Shown one piece after another: positions 41,060-52,372 of a stretch of 64,000 bases of DNA. This stretch comes from Octopus vulgaris (taxonomy: Eukaryota). Under the pieces are notes generated by a model. It was not told where the DNA came from. It was given only the letters and a program-made list of their open reading frames with translations, and ran no database searches. Where the stretch lies: NCBI GenBank assembly GCA_951406725.2, contig OX597830.1, forward strand, positions 18,166,001 to 18,230,000, in the 5' to 3' direction. Made by a program: the position numbers and the translations under genes. The number at the start of each line of letters is the position of its first letter. The stretch's first letter is position 1.

Positions 41060-41580
41060 GACAAATACCACAGCTAGACAAATACCCACCATAGGGCATC
41101 CACCATACTATGAACATTTTGTTTCCCTGGACATAGGCACATTAAAGCTCCAACGTCTGACATCTGACTGGGTGGACACCCACAAGATTATCCACCATCT
41201 TTCTAGCAACAACTTGGGGCACCTTTTCAAATTCCATATGTCTAACACTCGTGGACATGCTTACAAAATCAAAAAAAAAAACAACACAGAGCCCATGACT
41301 TTCGGAAACAATTTTACACACTCAGTTTATTCCATGCTTCAGCAATTCTATCTGCATCAGTTGTTAGCTATCAGGACACTACATCCTTCAAAACTTCCAC
41401 CCTACCTGAAATTCATCAACAATACACCTGATGTCCCCTCTTTTTTGTCTTTTAAATTTTTGAAACAGCTCATTCGCCGTCCACCTCGTGTGAATTCTCT
41501 GTACTGTTCTTTCACTTTTGGTTACTTTTTCTGATGAATTGTAGCGCACCTGAGTCCTGTTTACAATAAGTTCGTTATTA
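41060..41580 (+). mobile_element. Older CR1-clade LINE 3' end (further fragments at about 39925-40040 + and 57330-57600 -)
   Basis: TLKLQRLTSDWVDTHKIIHHL...NTRGHAYKI, homologous to the 41776-42225 copy in the opposite orientation. Confidence 0.8.
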
Positions 41581-41775
41581 TATATATGTAACAGAATATC
41601 AAAACATTGCCCCAGTTTGTCACAAGGTTACTCATTTATGACTGAGTGAACTGGAGCGACATAAAACAAAATGCTTTGTTCAAGATCACAACATACCACC
41701 CAATATGGAAATCAAAACTGCAATCTTTTGTTTGTGATTGCAACACCCTAACCACCAGGTCATACACATTTACAT

Positions 41776-42225
41776 TATAATAATAATGAAATTATTGTAT
41801 CCAGTGCTCAGGTGTACCACAACTTGTCAAAAGTGTGTGTAAAGCATATGTAGTAATGTACAAATGTTTGGGAAGTGAACAGTGTATGAGTCAGATACAT
41901 GCTTGCGTGTGTATGGAGGGGAGAAAATCAGGTGTAGTGTTGGCGAATCTCAGGAAGCATGGAAGTTTTGAAGGATGCAGTGCTCCGACAACTAACAACT
42001 GATGCCGGCAGTTTGTTCCATGCTTCAGCAACTCTCAGCGTGAAAAAATGTTTCCGAAAGTCATAAGAGCCATGCTGTTTTCTGACTTTGTAAACATGTC
42101 CACGGGTGTTAGACAGGTGGAGTTTGAAAATGTGCTCAGAGTTATTGTTTGTAAGATGGTTAATAATTTTATGGGTGTCTGCCAAGTCAGCTGCCTGACG
42201 TCGGAGTTTCAATGTGTCCATGCTC
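41776..42225 (-). mobile_element. CR1-clade LINE 3' end
   Basis: ORF 41928-42221 reads TLKLRRQAADL...TRGHVYKV.KQ...FRKHFFTLRVAEAWNKLPASVV, a CR1 ORF2 C-terminus, followed by a 3' UTR and short tandem tail. Confidence 0.9.
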
Positions 42226-42589
42226 AGAGAAATAAGGCATTCAAGAATAAAACACCCGATGACAATAATAAGAGATCAAAACATAGTGTAGATAATAAAT
42301 ATATTTTAATAATGAGGCTAATAAAATAATCTCATATTAGTAATAACAACTCATTATCTCAGATATCTAAACTGTTAATCTTAACTTATTATTGTGGTGG
42401 AGGTCACATGTATCAGATTTTTATCTTTCTTGAACATAATTGCATCTTGAAATGTTTTCAGCTCTTTTTTTTTTTTCTTTTCTGTTTACGCTTGATTGTC
42501 GCTTTTATATTTATTTGCCATATTTCTTGTTTTTTAGTTTGTTTTTCTTTCTTTTTGGTTTATTTTTGCTTTATGTATTTCATGCGTCC

Positions 42590-42620
42590 AATAAAAATTA
42601 AAATTGCTTGTTAATATTCC
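42590..42620 (+). terminator. Candidate polyadenylation signal for the exon-A isoform
   Basis: AATAAA at 42590-42595 after a long U-rich stretch. A second candidate lies at 45315-45325. AATAAA is common in this AT-rich DNA, so support is weak. Confidence 0.3.
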
Positions 42621-43369
42621 ATTCACTTTTTCATTTTCCTGGATCCCCCAACATTTCTCTATTTCATCAATTTGGTTTTATAAACCTCCACTTTACAATT
42701 TCTGTCAGTTCTTCAACTCTAATGCTGCTACTGATGCTGCTCTTCCATTGCATGGCCACCTAGCTTTTTATTATTTCTCTCTGCACCAGAAAAGTAAAAA
42801 TGAAGAATTTTGGCTTCTTCAGAGTCATGAATTCCTTAGCCACTGCAAGTGTTGGGCAAGACACTTGACTTTACTTGCCTAAAATTTTGTGCTTAATTAA
42901 GAGATAATTTTATTGCTGTTGTCATACTTATATTATCAACATTGTACATTGTTATGGTTGAAAAGTACAATAACTAAACTACTGAAATATTTGACTTGTC
43001 TTCAGGATCTTTAGGTCATATTCAGCTATAGATATTGTGACATTGCTCTCTACAGGGTTTAATTGAACACACACACACATCATCATCATCGTTTAACGTC
43101 CGTTTTCCATGCTAGCATGGGTTGGACGGTTCGACCAGGGTCTGGGAAGCCAGGAGGCTGCACCAGGCTCCAGTCTGATCTGGCAGTGTTTCTACAGCTG
43201 GATGCCTTTCCTAACACCAACCACTCCGTGAGTGTAGTAGGTGCTTTTTACGTGCCACCGGCACAGAAGCCAGTCAAGGCGGCGCTGGTATCGGCCACGT
43301 TCGGATGGTGCTTTTTACGTGCTACGGCACAGGGATCACAACTACAATTTCCTACAATATATATATTAG

Positions 43370-43719
43370 AGACAAGAAAGTAAATTTTGAATGTAGTATA
43401 ACTGTGAAAACAGCAGAGAAATATTGGGCATTTAACCCTTATAAAAAAGAAAAAAAGTTGCCAACAGGTGACTATGGGAATCGAACCCTGTACTGCTCAG
43501 ACACCAGTTGTCTATATTTGTTAATAAAACACTTTTGTATTTGAAAAGCTATTATTTAGCATTAAAATTGATGGTAATTGTTGTCGGGGTCCATTTAGCT
43601 TAACGGTAGAGCACATTGTTGTCACCTACTGGCAACTTTATTCCATCTTATATGACTAAATACCCAATTCTTCTGCTGTTTTCACTGCTTTAGTGTATTC
43701 AAAATTTAATTTCTTGTCT
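43370..43719. repeat. Inverted repeat with arms of about 100 bp around tRNA-like fragments
   Basis: AGACAAGAAA.TAAATTTTGAAT..GTGAAAACAGCAGA..AGTTGCCA..AGGTGAC is inverted at 43620-43719. The spacer holds GGGAATCGAACCC and TAGCTTAACGGTAGAGCA. Confidence 0.7.
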
Positions 43720-43764
43720 GTAAATACCAACCTATTTAACACTTCCAAAATTCATTTTCATATA

Positions 43765-44171
43765 TACTCTTTTACTCTTTTACTTGTTTCAGTCATTTGC
43801 TGGAGCACCGCCTTTAATCGAGCAACTCGACCCCGGGACTTATTCTTTTTGTAAGCCCAGTACTTATTCTATCGGTCTCTTTTGCCGAACCACTAAGTAA
43901 TGGGGACATAGACACACCAGCATCGGTTGTCAAGCAATGCTAGGGGGACAAACACAGACACACAAACACAAACACACACACACACACACATATATATATA
44001 CATATATATGACAGGCTTCTTTCAGTTTCCGTCTACCAAATCCACACACAAGGCTTTGGTCGGCCCAAGGCTATAGTAGAAGACACTTGCCCAAGGTGCC
44101 ACACAGTGGGACTGAACCCGGAACCATGTGGTTGGTAAACATGCTACTTACCATGCAGCCACTCTTGCGCC
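43765..44171 (-). mobile_element. tRNA-derived SINE family 1, reverse copy (other - copies near 1490-1877, 47290-47645, 58817-59215)
   Basis: Reverse complement of the 5663-6075 element. Confidence 0.9.
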
Positions 44172-44194
44172 TTTTTTATTATTATATATACTTT

Positions 44195-44375
44195 TTTTAT
44201 TATTATTAAAGCTGCAAGAAGATCACAAAAGAACTGCTACTCAGAGTTTCATGTTCCCGTTTGTTAGGCAGTTGTGATCAGTATTTTCTTGGTCACAACA
44301 GCTCAATGAACAGGAACGTGAAACTCTGAGTAACAGTTTCTTGTGATCTTCTTGCAGTCCTTAATAATAAAAAAA
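44195..44375. mobile_element. Head-to-head inverted repeat with two decayed hammerhead-like motifs
   Basis: CTGCAAGAAGATCACAA/TTGTGATCTTCTTGCAG and TACTCAGAGTTTCA/TGAAACTCTGAGTA pair. Confidence 0.65.
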
Positions 44376-44602
44376 GAGGACATTACTCTACCACTGGTAT
44401 TCAAGTACTATTTTTCTCCACCTTGTTTTGCATTTATGTGCTTACTCATGTGTGTATATATGTGTATATATTTATATCCAAAATTAGGGAATGGAGTAGA
44501 TTCACACACACAGCAACCCCAGCTGCTAACTGTGAACTACAAAATAACATTTTTTCAGCTTATCAAACTTCGATATGGGAAAAAATTTACAACCTTCTAC
44601 AC

Positions 44603-44800
44603 CAGTGGTTCCCAAACTATGAGTCGTGACCCACAGATGGGTTGTGAACGGAATCTTAGTGGGTCGCAAAAAGTTATAAAATTACGCATTAGCTTTGATT
44701 AACTGCTGTCTATTGAGCTAGTTCAGTAGAGTTAAGTGGGTCATCATAAACTGGTGCGATAAATAGTGGGTCGCGACTCTAAAAAGTTTGGCAACCACTG
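44603..44800. mobile_element. hAT-family MITE, 198 bp
   Basis: TIRs CAGTGGTTcCCAAACT / AGTTTGGcAACCACTG and a perfect 8-bp TSD TTCTACAC (44595-44602, 44801-44808). Confidence 0.9.
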
Positions 44801-47489
44801 TTCTACACCAATAAACCACTATTATTCCTGAAAGTTGTTTTTTATGCCTTCTACAAAATGCTTGAAACATACTAGCTTCCTACACCTTGATCCTTGGATC
44901 TTACCTTTACACACACATATATATATATTAAGATATTGAAAGTTCTTGAAATATCTTTCCTTTTGTCTGTATCATTGCTAATCTTTCTCCCATCGCTCTC
45001 TAAGATGATAAAGGGAAAAGCTTATTACAACATTGAATTTTCCTTTATTATATCCATTAAGCATACATGCACACATGCTTACATACTCATTCATCCATGC
45101 ATACATACATGGATACATGTGTGTTCATCTACAAAGATTCTAATGGAATGTTAACGACATCAATCTCACCCACTTATCATCCCTCGATCTATAAGGGCAA
45201 CGTTCCATTTTCTGTTCAATATAAGAAATGTTTAAATGTTATCATTAGATGTTTAGAAATACATTGAACATAGGTTGTGCGTGTGCATGCATGCATGCAC
45301 TGATTTGTTTATGAAATAAAATAAAAAAAACTGTCATTGGATTGTCGAGAAAAGGTCAAGCTGTTTTCTATTGAAATGTTTTTCCTAACATGATTTCTCA
45401 TTCAGTTTTCCAGCTAACATTACGTTATCATTGTTGTTGTTGTTGCTGCTGTTATCTTTGGATTTGGTCTTCGGATTTATGTGTGCTACAATCCTAGCAA
45501 TAATTTTTGTTAATCTCTAAGGCTGCAAGCCGGCAGAACTGTTACCATGCTGGGCAAAATGCTTAGCGGCATTTCGTCTGAGTTTGAATGCCAGTGAAGG
45601 TTCACTTTTGCTTTTGTCCTTTCGGAGTCGATAAAATAAGTACCAGTTGTGCACTGGGGTCGATTTAATTGACTAACCCTGCCCTTGAAGTTACTGGCCT
45701 TGTGCCAAAATTTGAAACCAATATTTGTTCATCTCACATAGAAGTCTTTCAGTAACTGTAGGATGAAAACAGTTTGGAATGAGGGGTTCACGACAGAATA
45801 TAAAGAAAGTAACAGGAGTGAGAAATATTAACTGTCTCCTTCAACCAACAATAATATCAAGTGTTGTTTTAACCCTTTAGCATTCAGATTATTTTGTCAA
45901 ATGTAATATTTATTTATTCACATTGTTTTGATTTCTATGATATGGCTGTTTACTTTATTTTTAAAATAGCAATGTAGAGTAGGTGTGAGGGACCAGATTT
46001 GGCTGGTTTGAAAACTAAAAGGCGAATAGTTGGTTAACAATGTACGAAGTATTGCTGGAAAGTTCCTAGCTTTAGGTAAAAGAAAATAGAGGTTTTTATT
46101 CAACATTTTCCCCTCTCAGATTCACACACTTGTTGCAGCAGTCCTTCAGTTTTCTAAGCCCTGTAAAAGAATTCAGAAGGTTAGGCCTCCAACCAGGCCT
46201 TTTACAATACCCTTAAAGTCAGGGACTTTTCAGCAGCCCCTTGTATCTTACAAGGGTTCCCTTATTAGTTAATGTGTTGAGGGGAGACGGATAGAATAAG
46301 TACTGGGCTTACAAAGAATAAGTCTTGGGTTCGATTTGCTCGACTAAAGGCGGTGCTCCAGCATGGCTGTAATAAAGTGACTGAAACAAGTAAAAGAGTA
46401 ATATATTCTCATAATAAAGAGGTAAAAATTGTTATTGTTTAGTCCCAATTCAACCCTGATTGAGCTGATCTGATGAAAGGCATTCCATCCATGGCTATCC
46501 TGTTTTTTTCAGAGATCTCTGGGATTATGTTATTTAAGGCATCCTTGCCAGTTTTTAATGGTAAGGTGTGATTTGAAGAAGATTTGGCTACTATTTTTAG
46601 CAGGTTTTGTGACAACAAGTAGCAAAGGAAGTTAGGACCTGTGTAATTGCAACACATAGCTACAGATGGTTAAAGAAATTGAATAATCCTGTTTGATTAA
46701 TCCTTCACACCAGAGAAAGATCATCGAAACATCTCCCCCCGACCTACTCATCATATCTTCTCTTATGCTCACCTTATACTTTGAGAGTTTGTTTTGCCCC
46801 CACCCTCCTCACTAATATCTTTATTTTCATTTTATTCCAAGTTATTACTACTCACCCTTAACCCTTTAGCGTTCTTATTATTCCTTCTGAAGTAATGTTT
46901 ATTGAGCGAGGTCATTGCCAGTTCCGCCTGACTGGCCCCCGTGCAGGTGGCACGTAAAAAAGCAGCCACTACACTCTCGGAGTGGTTGGCGTTAGGAATT
47001 GTATCCAGCTGTAGAAACTCTGCCAGATCAAGACTGGAGCCTGGTGCAGCCATCTGGTTCGCCAGCCCTCAGTCAAAACCGTCCAACCCATGCTAGCATA
47101 GGAAAACGGACGTTAAATGATGATGATGATGGTAGAAGCTAGAAGCACATCAAGGAGTATTTGGGAATATGTTTATAGAGTAACTCCCTGCATGTTTGGC
47201 CCCACAAATGAGTTAAAGCAACATGGTAGAAGGGGAATTATAGTGATGAGGTTAATGGTGACAGATTTATTATTCTTTCATTTATCTTTTATCATTTACA
47301 TGTTTCATGCCATTAGACTGGCCATGCTGGAACACCGCCCTGAAGAATTTTAGCCGAACGAATTGACCCCAGTACTGTTTTGTTTTAAAGCCCGGTACTT
47401 ACTCTATCGGTCTCTTTTGCCAAGCCACTAAATTACAGGAATGTAAACACACCAATAATGGTTTTCAAGTGGTGGTGGGTGGCAAGCTA

Positions 47490-47521
<32 letters not shown>

Positions 47522-49264
47522 GATGGACTTCTTTAAGATTCTGTCTACCAAACTCACTCACAAGGCTTTGGTCAGCCCAAGACTATAGAAGACACTTGCC
47601 AAGGTGCCACGCTGTGGGACTAAGCAAACTTCTTACTACACAGCTTTTTTCTTTTTTTTTTTCCTAAATTCATACACACACGACTATAGTCATATGCTCG
47701 TGTATTATATCTTTACAACAATTAATTGTATATATGTTATGAAAGCTCTGGCTGAGGGGTGTCTCCACATTGGCCAGTAAGCATGAACCTTCAATTTTGA
47801 GGGGATCAGCTGTCATTGGTCAGAGGTAATGGGAGAATTCTTTGCTATTCTCAGTGCTTGCATGGGTCGGACGGAATTTGTTGAGACAGATTTCTCACCA
47901 GTTGGGCGTCCGTCTTGTTAGCAACCCTTCAAGTAAGGTAAGATTTCTCATGGCCAAACATATTTTTCACAGAAGACTGGAAATGAAGAAAATGTTTGCT
48001 TTCAACCATCATGTGATGTTAAGATAAGAATACACACCAAAGACACACATACATTAGTTTGTGTGTGTGTGATAGGCTTCTTTCAGTTTTCATCTACCAA
48101 ATCCATTAATGAAGCTCTGGCTGACCCGAGATTATAGTAGAAGAGATTTGTGAAACGTGTCGTGCCCTGGGACTGAACCCAAGACCACATGGCCAGGAAG
48201 TAAGCTCTTTAACCACACAGCCACGTCTGTGGTTGAATAGATAGATAGATAGATAGATATCATCATCATCAAAAGAAGAAGAAGAATACAAACACACACA
48301 CCCTTAATCTAGTAATGTATTCAGGACTGGTTACTGAAATATTTGTGTAGTTGGGTCCTAGATTTTCACTTTAATCCTGGTCTATTAACAATTAAAATGA
48401 GGGACTACACTTCACATTTGGCCATGGCCTTATTACCAGCTTTGCCCAATATATATCCTGGCTACATATAATTCTGTATCACATCTGTAATAATCCTGCA
48501 TTTTTACGACTACCAATGTGTTCATGCTTTTCTTCTATTAAATACGTAATTCTAATTTTGGCATTTCAGAGTTGTCTCCCCTGTCTGATATATGCTTTTC
48601 ATGCTGCAATCTTAATTAATTTTGATTAATTAAACATGTCTTGTTACTACGTTATGTTGGCACTGACTTAATTGTTTATTTTATTTTACGTGCGTATGGT
48701 GACTGCATGTCCAGAATTGTCATTATGACTGCCAAAGGTAGATTTAATTAATTTTAGCCCTCGGGTTAATGTTGCAGGAGGAATGTTGATTAATGAAAAA
48801 ATTGTTTTTGCTAATTACGTTCGCAATTTTTTGCATATTATGTTAGCAATGCATAAACTATTTGTTTTCCATGCTGATGGCATCCGTCGGTGATTTCTGT
48901 CCGGTCATTGTTCTGGGATTTACTTTCAGTGTCATTGACAAGTAAAAACAAAGTAGCAAGTTGACATAAAATGTCATAAAAACATTAAATATAGAGAGTG
49001 TGTGGTGGTGCTTGTGGTGGGGGTTCATTTTTTCAAAACTGAAGTTTCACCTTGTTGTTACCCTGAGCTCCTATTATTTTGCTCAGAAAAATAAAAATCT
49101 CCAGTGACTCCTTAAGACTTCCTTCACTAATATATTTCCTTAAGTTGGAAACTATTTCTCTACACCAGTCATGGACAAACTGCAACCAGCAGGACTTTCT
49201 GAATGACTTACCCAATGAAAAATTAACCTGGAAGTTTTTTTAGTAGAGAAGTCTGTCTGATAAT

Positions 49265-49837
49265 GAGCCATGCCAGGCGGCGAGCTGGCAGAGACGTGCG
49301 AAATGCGTAGCCGTATTTCGTCTGCCGCTACGTTCTGAGTTCAAATTCTGCCGAGGTTACTTTGCCTTTCATCCTTTCGGGGTCGATTAAATAAGTACCT
49401 GTTACGCACTGGGGTCGATATAATCGACGAGCCATGCCAGGTGGCGAGCTGGCAGAGACGTGCGAAATGCGTAGCCGTATTTCGTCTGCCGCTACGTTCT
49501 GAGTTCAAATTCTGCCGAGGTCGACTTTGCCTTTCATCCTTTCGGGGTCGATTAAATAAGTACCAGTTACGCACTGGGGTCGATATAATCGACGAGCCAT
49601 GCCAGGCGGCGAGCTGGCAGAGACGTGCGAAATGCGTAGCCATATTTCGTCTGTCGTTACGTTCTGAGTTCAAATTCCGCTGAGGTCGACTTTGCCTTTC
49701 ATCCTTTCAGGGTCGATTAAATAAATACCAGTTACGCACTGGGGTCGATATAATCGACTTAATAACTATGTCTGTCCTTGTTTGTCCCCTCTGTATTTAG
49801 CCCCTTGTGGGTAATAAAGAAATAGATGAACCATGCC
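49265..49837 (+). repeat. Tandem triplication (period about 165 bp) of a young family-2 SINE
   Basis: Units start at 49265, 49429 and 49594; only the last carries the tail. Flanking TSD ATGAgCCATGCC (49263-49274) / ATGAaCCATGCC (49826-49837). Confidence 0.9.
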
Positions 49838-50097
49838 TCATGTAGCCTACTTCTCAAAAAACAAAGGGTTTCCCATGCCTGCTCTTTATAAACGACAGTT
49901 ATGGTGAGTAATGGGAAACTCAAAAGGGCAATGAAGTAAGGCCAAGCCACACACACACACACACACGGTTTTGTATTTACTGTTTATATCACATTTTATT
50001 TATATACGTTGCTTATATTGAGTACTTTTTCCTTCTTGTTTGGACATTCAAACACACACAAAGATTATAATTTAATTCTTTCTTTATTCTCTTACAG

Positions 50098-50172
50098 ATT
50101 ATTGGTGTTTGGTTGGCACTGCGATATCGGAACCAGAAAGATCCGAGGGCAAATCCAAGTGCATTCCTATAG
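50098..50172 (+). CDS. TSPAN13/31: Tetraspanin-13/31-like terminal coding exon B (distal duplicate)
   Basis: Long pyrimidine tract and cttacag|ATT acceptor in phase 0. Translates [27 protein letters not shown]. Confidence 0.92.
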   Translation: MIGVWLALRYRNQKDPRANPSAFL

Positions 50173-52333
50173 CCATGGAATGTTAAATGTTACTTTGAAC
50201 ATTACTCTGTCTCCCTTTCTTCCTCCTCTCAGTTTTTTTTCTTCTTTATTTTATATTTCTTTCTCATTTTTTTAAACATTTCCTCGTCAATTTCTTCTTT
50301 CTCCCAGCAATATTCTCTGCATTTTCCTGGTGTGGAGACTATTAACAACAACAATAATAACAACATAAAAATCAATGAGGATATAACATCACACATACTG
50401 TATACACACAGTTTTAATACTGTATTTGGGTTACTCTTTCTCTCTCTCTCTCTTTCTCTCTCTCTCTATTTCAACTGAAACAAAATGAAGTCTAAGAGTC
50501 TACATTAAATGTCTCCTATATAGTTTGGTTGTATCTATACGACAGAGGCAGTTTTGACAGGTGCTTCAAATTGTTTTCGCAAAACATTTTCCACCTGTTA
50601 TTTGTTGATAACAAACATATTGATAGAGAATACAAACAACTCCTATATGAATTCCCCTCCCTGTTGCTGTGTGTTGGTTCTGTATTTGAATGTATGAGCA
50701 TGTATATGTGTCTTGTTAAGGTGATTTTGTTTTCTGTGTGTATTTGTATGTAGTTATTACATTTGCTTGACTTTGTATGAATGCGTGAGCTTGTGGTTAT
50801 ATTATCCTATATTGCTTTTATATAAGTATTGTGGTTTATAAAAGTATTGTGGTTATTATCCTACATTGTTTTTACATAAGTATTGAGGTATCACTGTTGA
50901 CTTAGATCAGTTTCGTGTATAGTATGTACATACGTGTGTTAAAATGGGATTTGAGGAGAAAAAATATAAGTGGTGATTTTAACCTTACTTCAGTATTTTC
51001 TAGTTTTAAAAAACAATAGTCAATTACCAATTTATGTAATTAATACATATATAATCAGTAGTTTAACTGTATTGATGTTTCCTATACACACAATTGAAGT
51101 AGCATTAAGTACTTTCAGGGTTTTCTTTAACTATATCCATTCACTGTAGAGGTCAGCTTTGTAGTGCATCTATAACTATGCTCGACTACAGCTTATACTC
51201 AGAGGTGGGGGTCATGGGGTCTGCACCTAAAAAGATCTTCCACAAGGTGGAGGCCAAGATAATGTCGTTATTTTTTTTTGAAGACTAACTGTTGCCCTTG
51301 CATGCAGTTTACCTTCTCCATACTTGCATAGTTATCCAAGGGAAAGAGACACAGATGATACATTTTCATACTTGTGTTGTTGTGGTCAGAATGCAAAGAA
51401 CCAGAATAGATACTGCAAGGCATCCCATCTGAAGCTCCAACAAACCACCACCCTGGGTAGGTAACCTTATATCAAAACAATAAATCATTATGAATAAGCA
51501 AACAAAAGTTAGGTGTGAAAATTAAAAGCATTATCTCTGTTTTCCATTTTAAATTTTTATGAAAACAACAACAAAAAAACTACCCTGAAAAATTTTTTAG
51601 TAATTTATTACTGGTAGTAGTAGTAGTTGTAGTATTCTTTGAGGTTGATTTAGTCAGCTAATACTCTTCTCAATAAATTTCTGGTTCTGGCTTGTATTAA
51701 AATTCAGTATCGTTGTTATAACTGGCTGTTTTTTTGCCCTTCATCTTCCCAAGGGTCTGTAAAATAGAGAATAAGTCAAGTATTTAGGTCAATGTAATCA
51801 ACTATTGTATCCTGTCCCATTCTCTCTTCCCCCCACCCCGCCAACCGATAGAAATTATCATAACTGTTGTTATTATTTTTAGGGCAGTGGATTGGACTTG
51901 CAGTTTTTCTCACAGCTCTACATTTTGAATTCAAATCCCACCTGAATTCATTTTGCCCTTCTTCCCTCTTCAGATCGATAGAATCAACTGACCTCACTCC
52001 AGTTTTCTGTATACCTATGTATGTAATCATTTTATTGACCCTGGGACAAATAAAAAAAAAAAGTAAATGCTTTGAGGATCCACTTCACCGTTCGTCCTTC
52101 AGTGGTCAACCTAACTGATTACAATTTCCCCTCAAAAGTGTGGCCTTGTGCTAGTTTTAGAAATCAGTATTATTTGAGTTCAAATCTTACTGAGCACTAT
52201 TTTTACTTTTCATCCTTCCTGGGTTTGAAAGAAAATAAAGTACCAGTCAAATACTGGGGTTGATTTAATCAACTTACTCCTCCCCACCAAAATTTCAGAC
52301 CTTGTGCTTTTATTAGCATTAATCATTATTATC

Positions 52334-52372
<39 letters not shown>

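Noticed and set aside
50098-50172. Exon B as an assembly duplication or processed pseudogene
   Set aside because: It has 20 nucleotide differences that are mostly synonymous, unrelated flanks and an intact splice acceptor.
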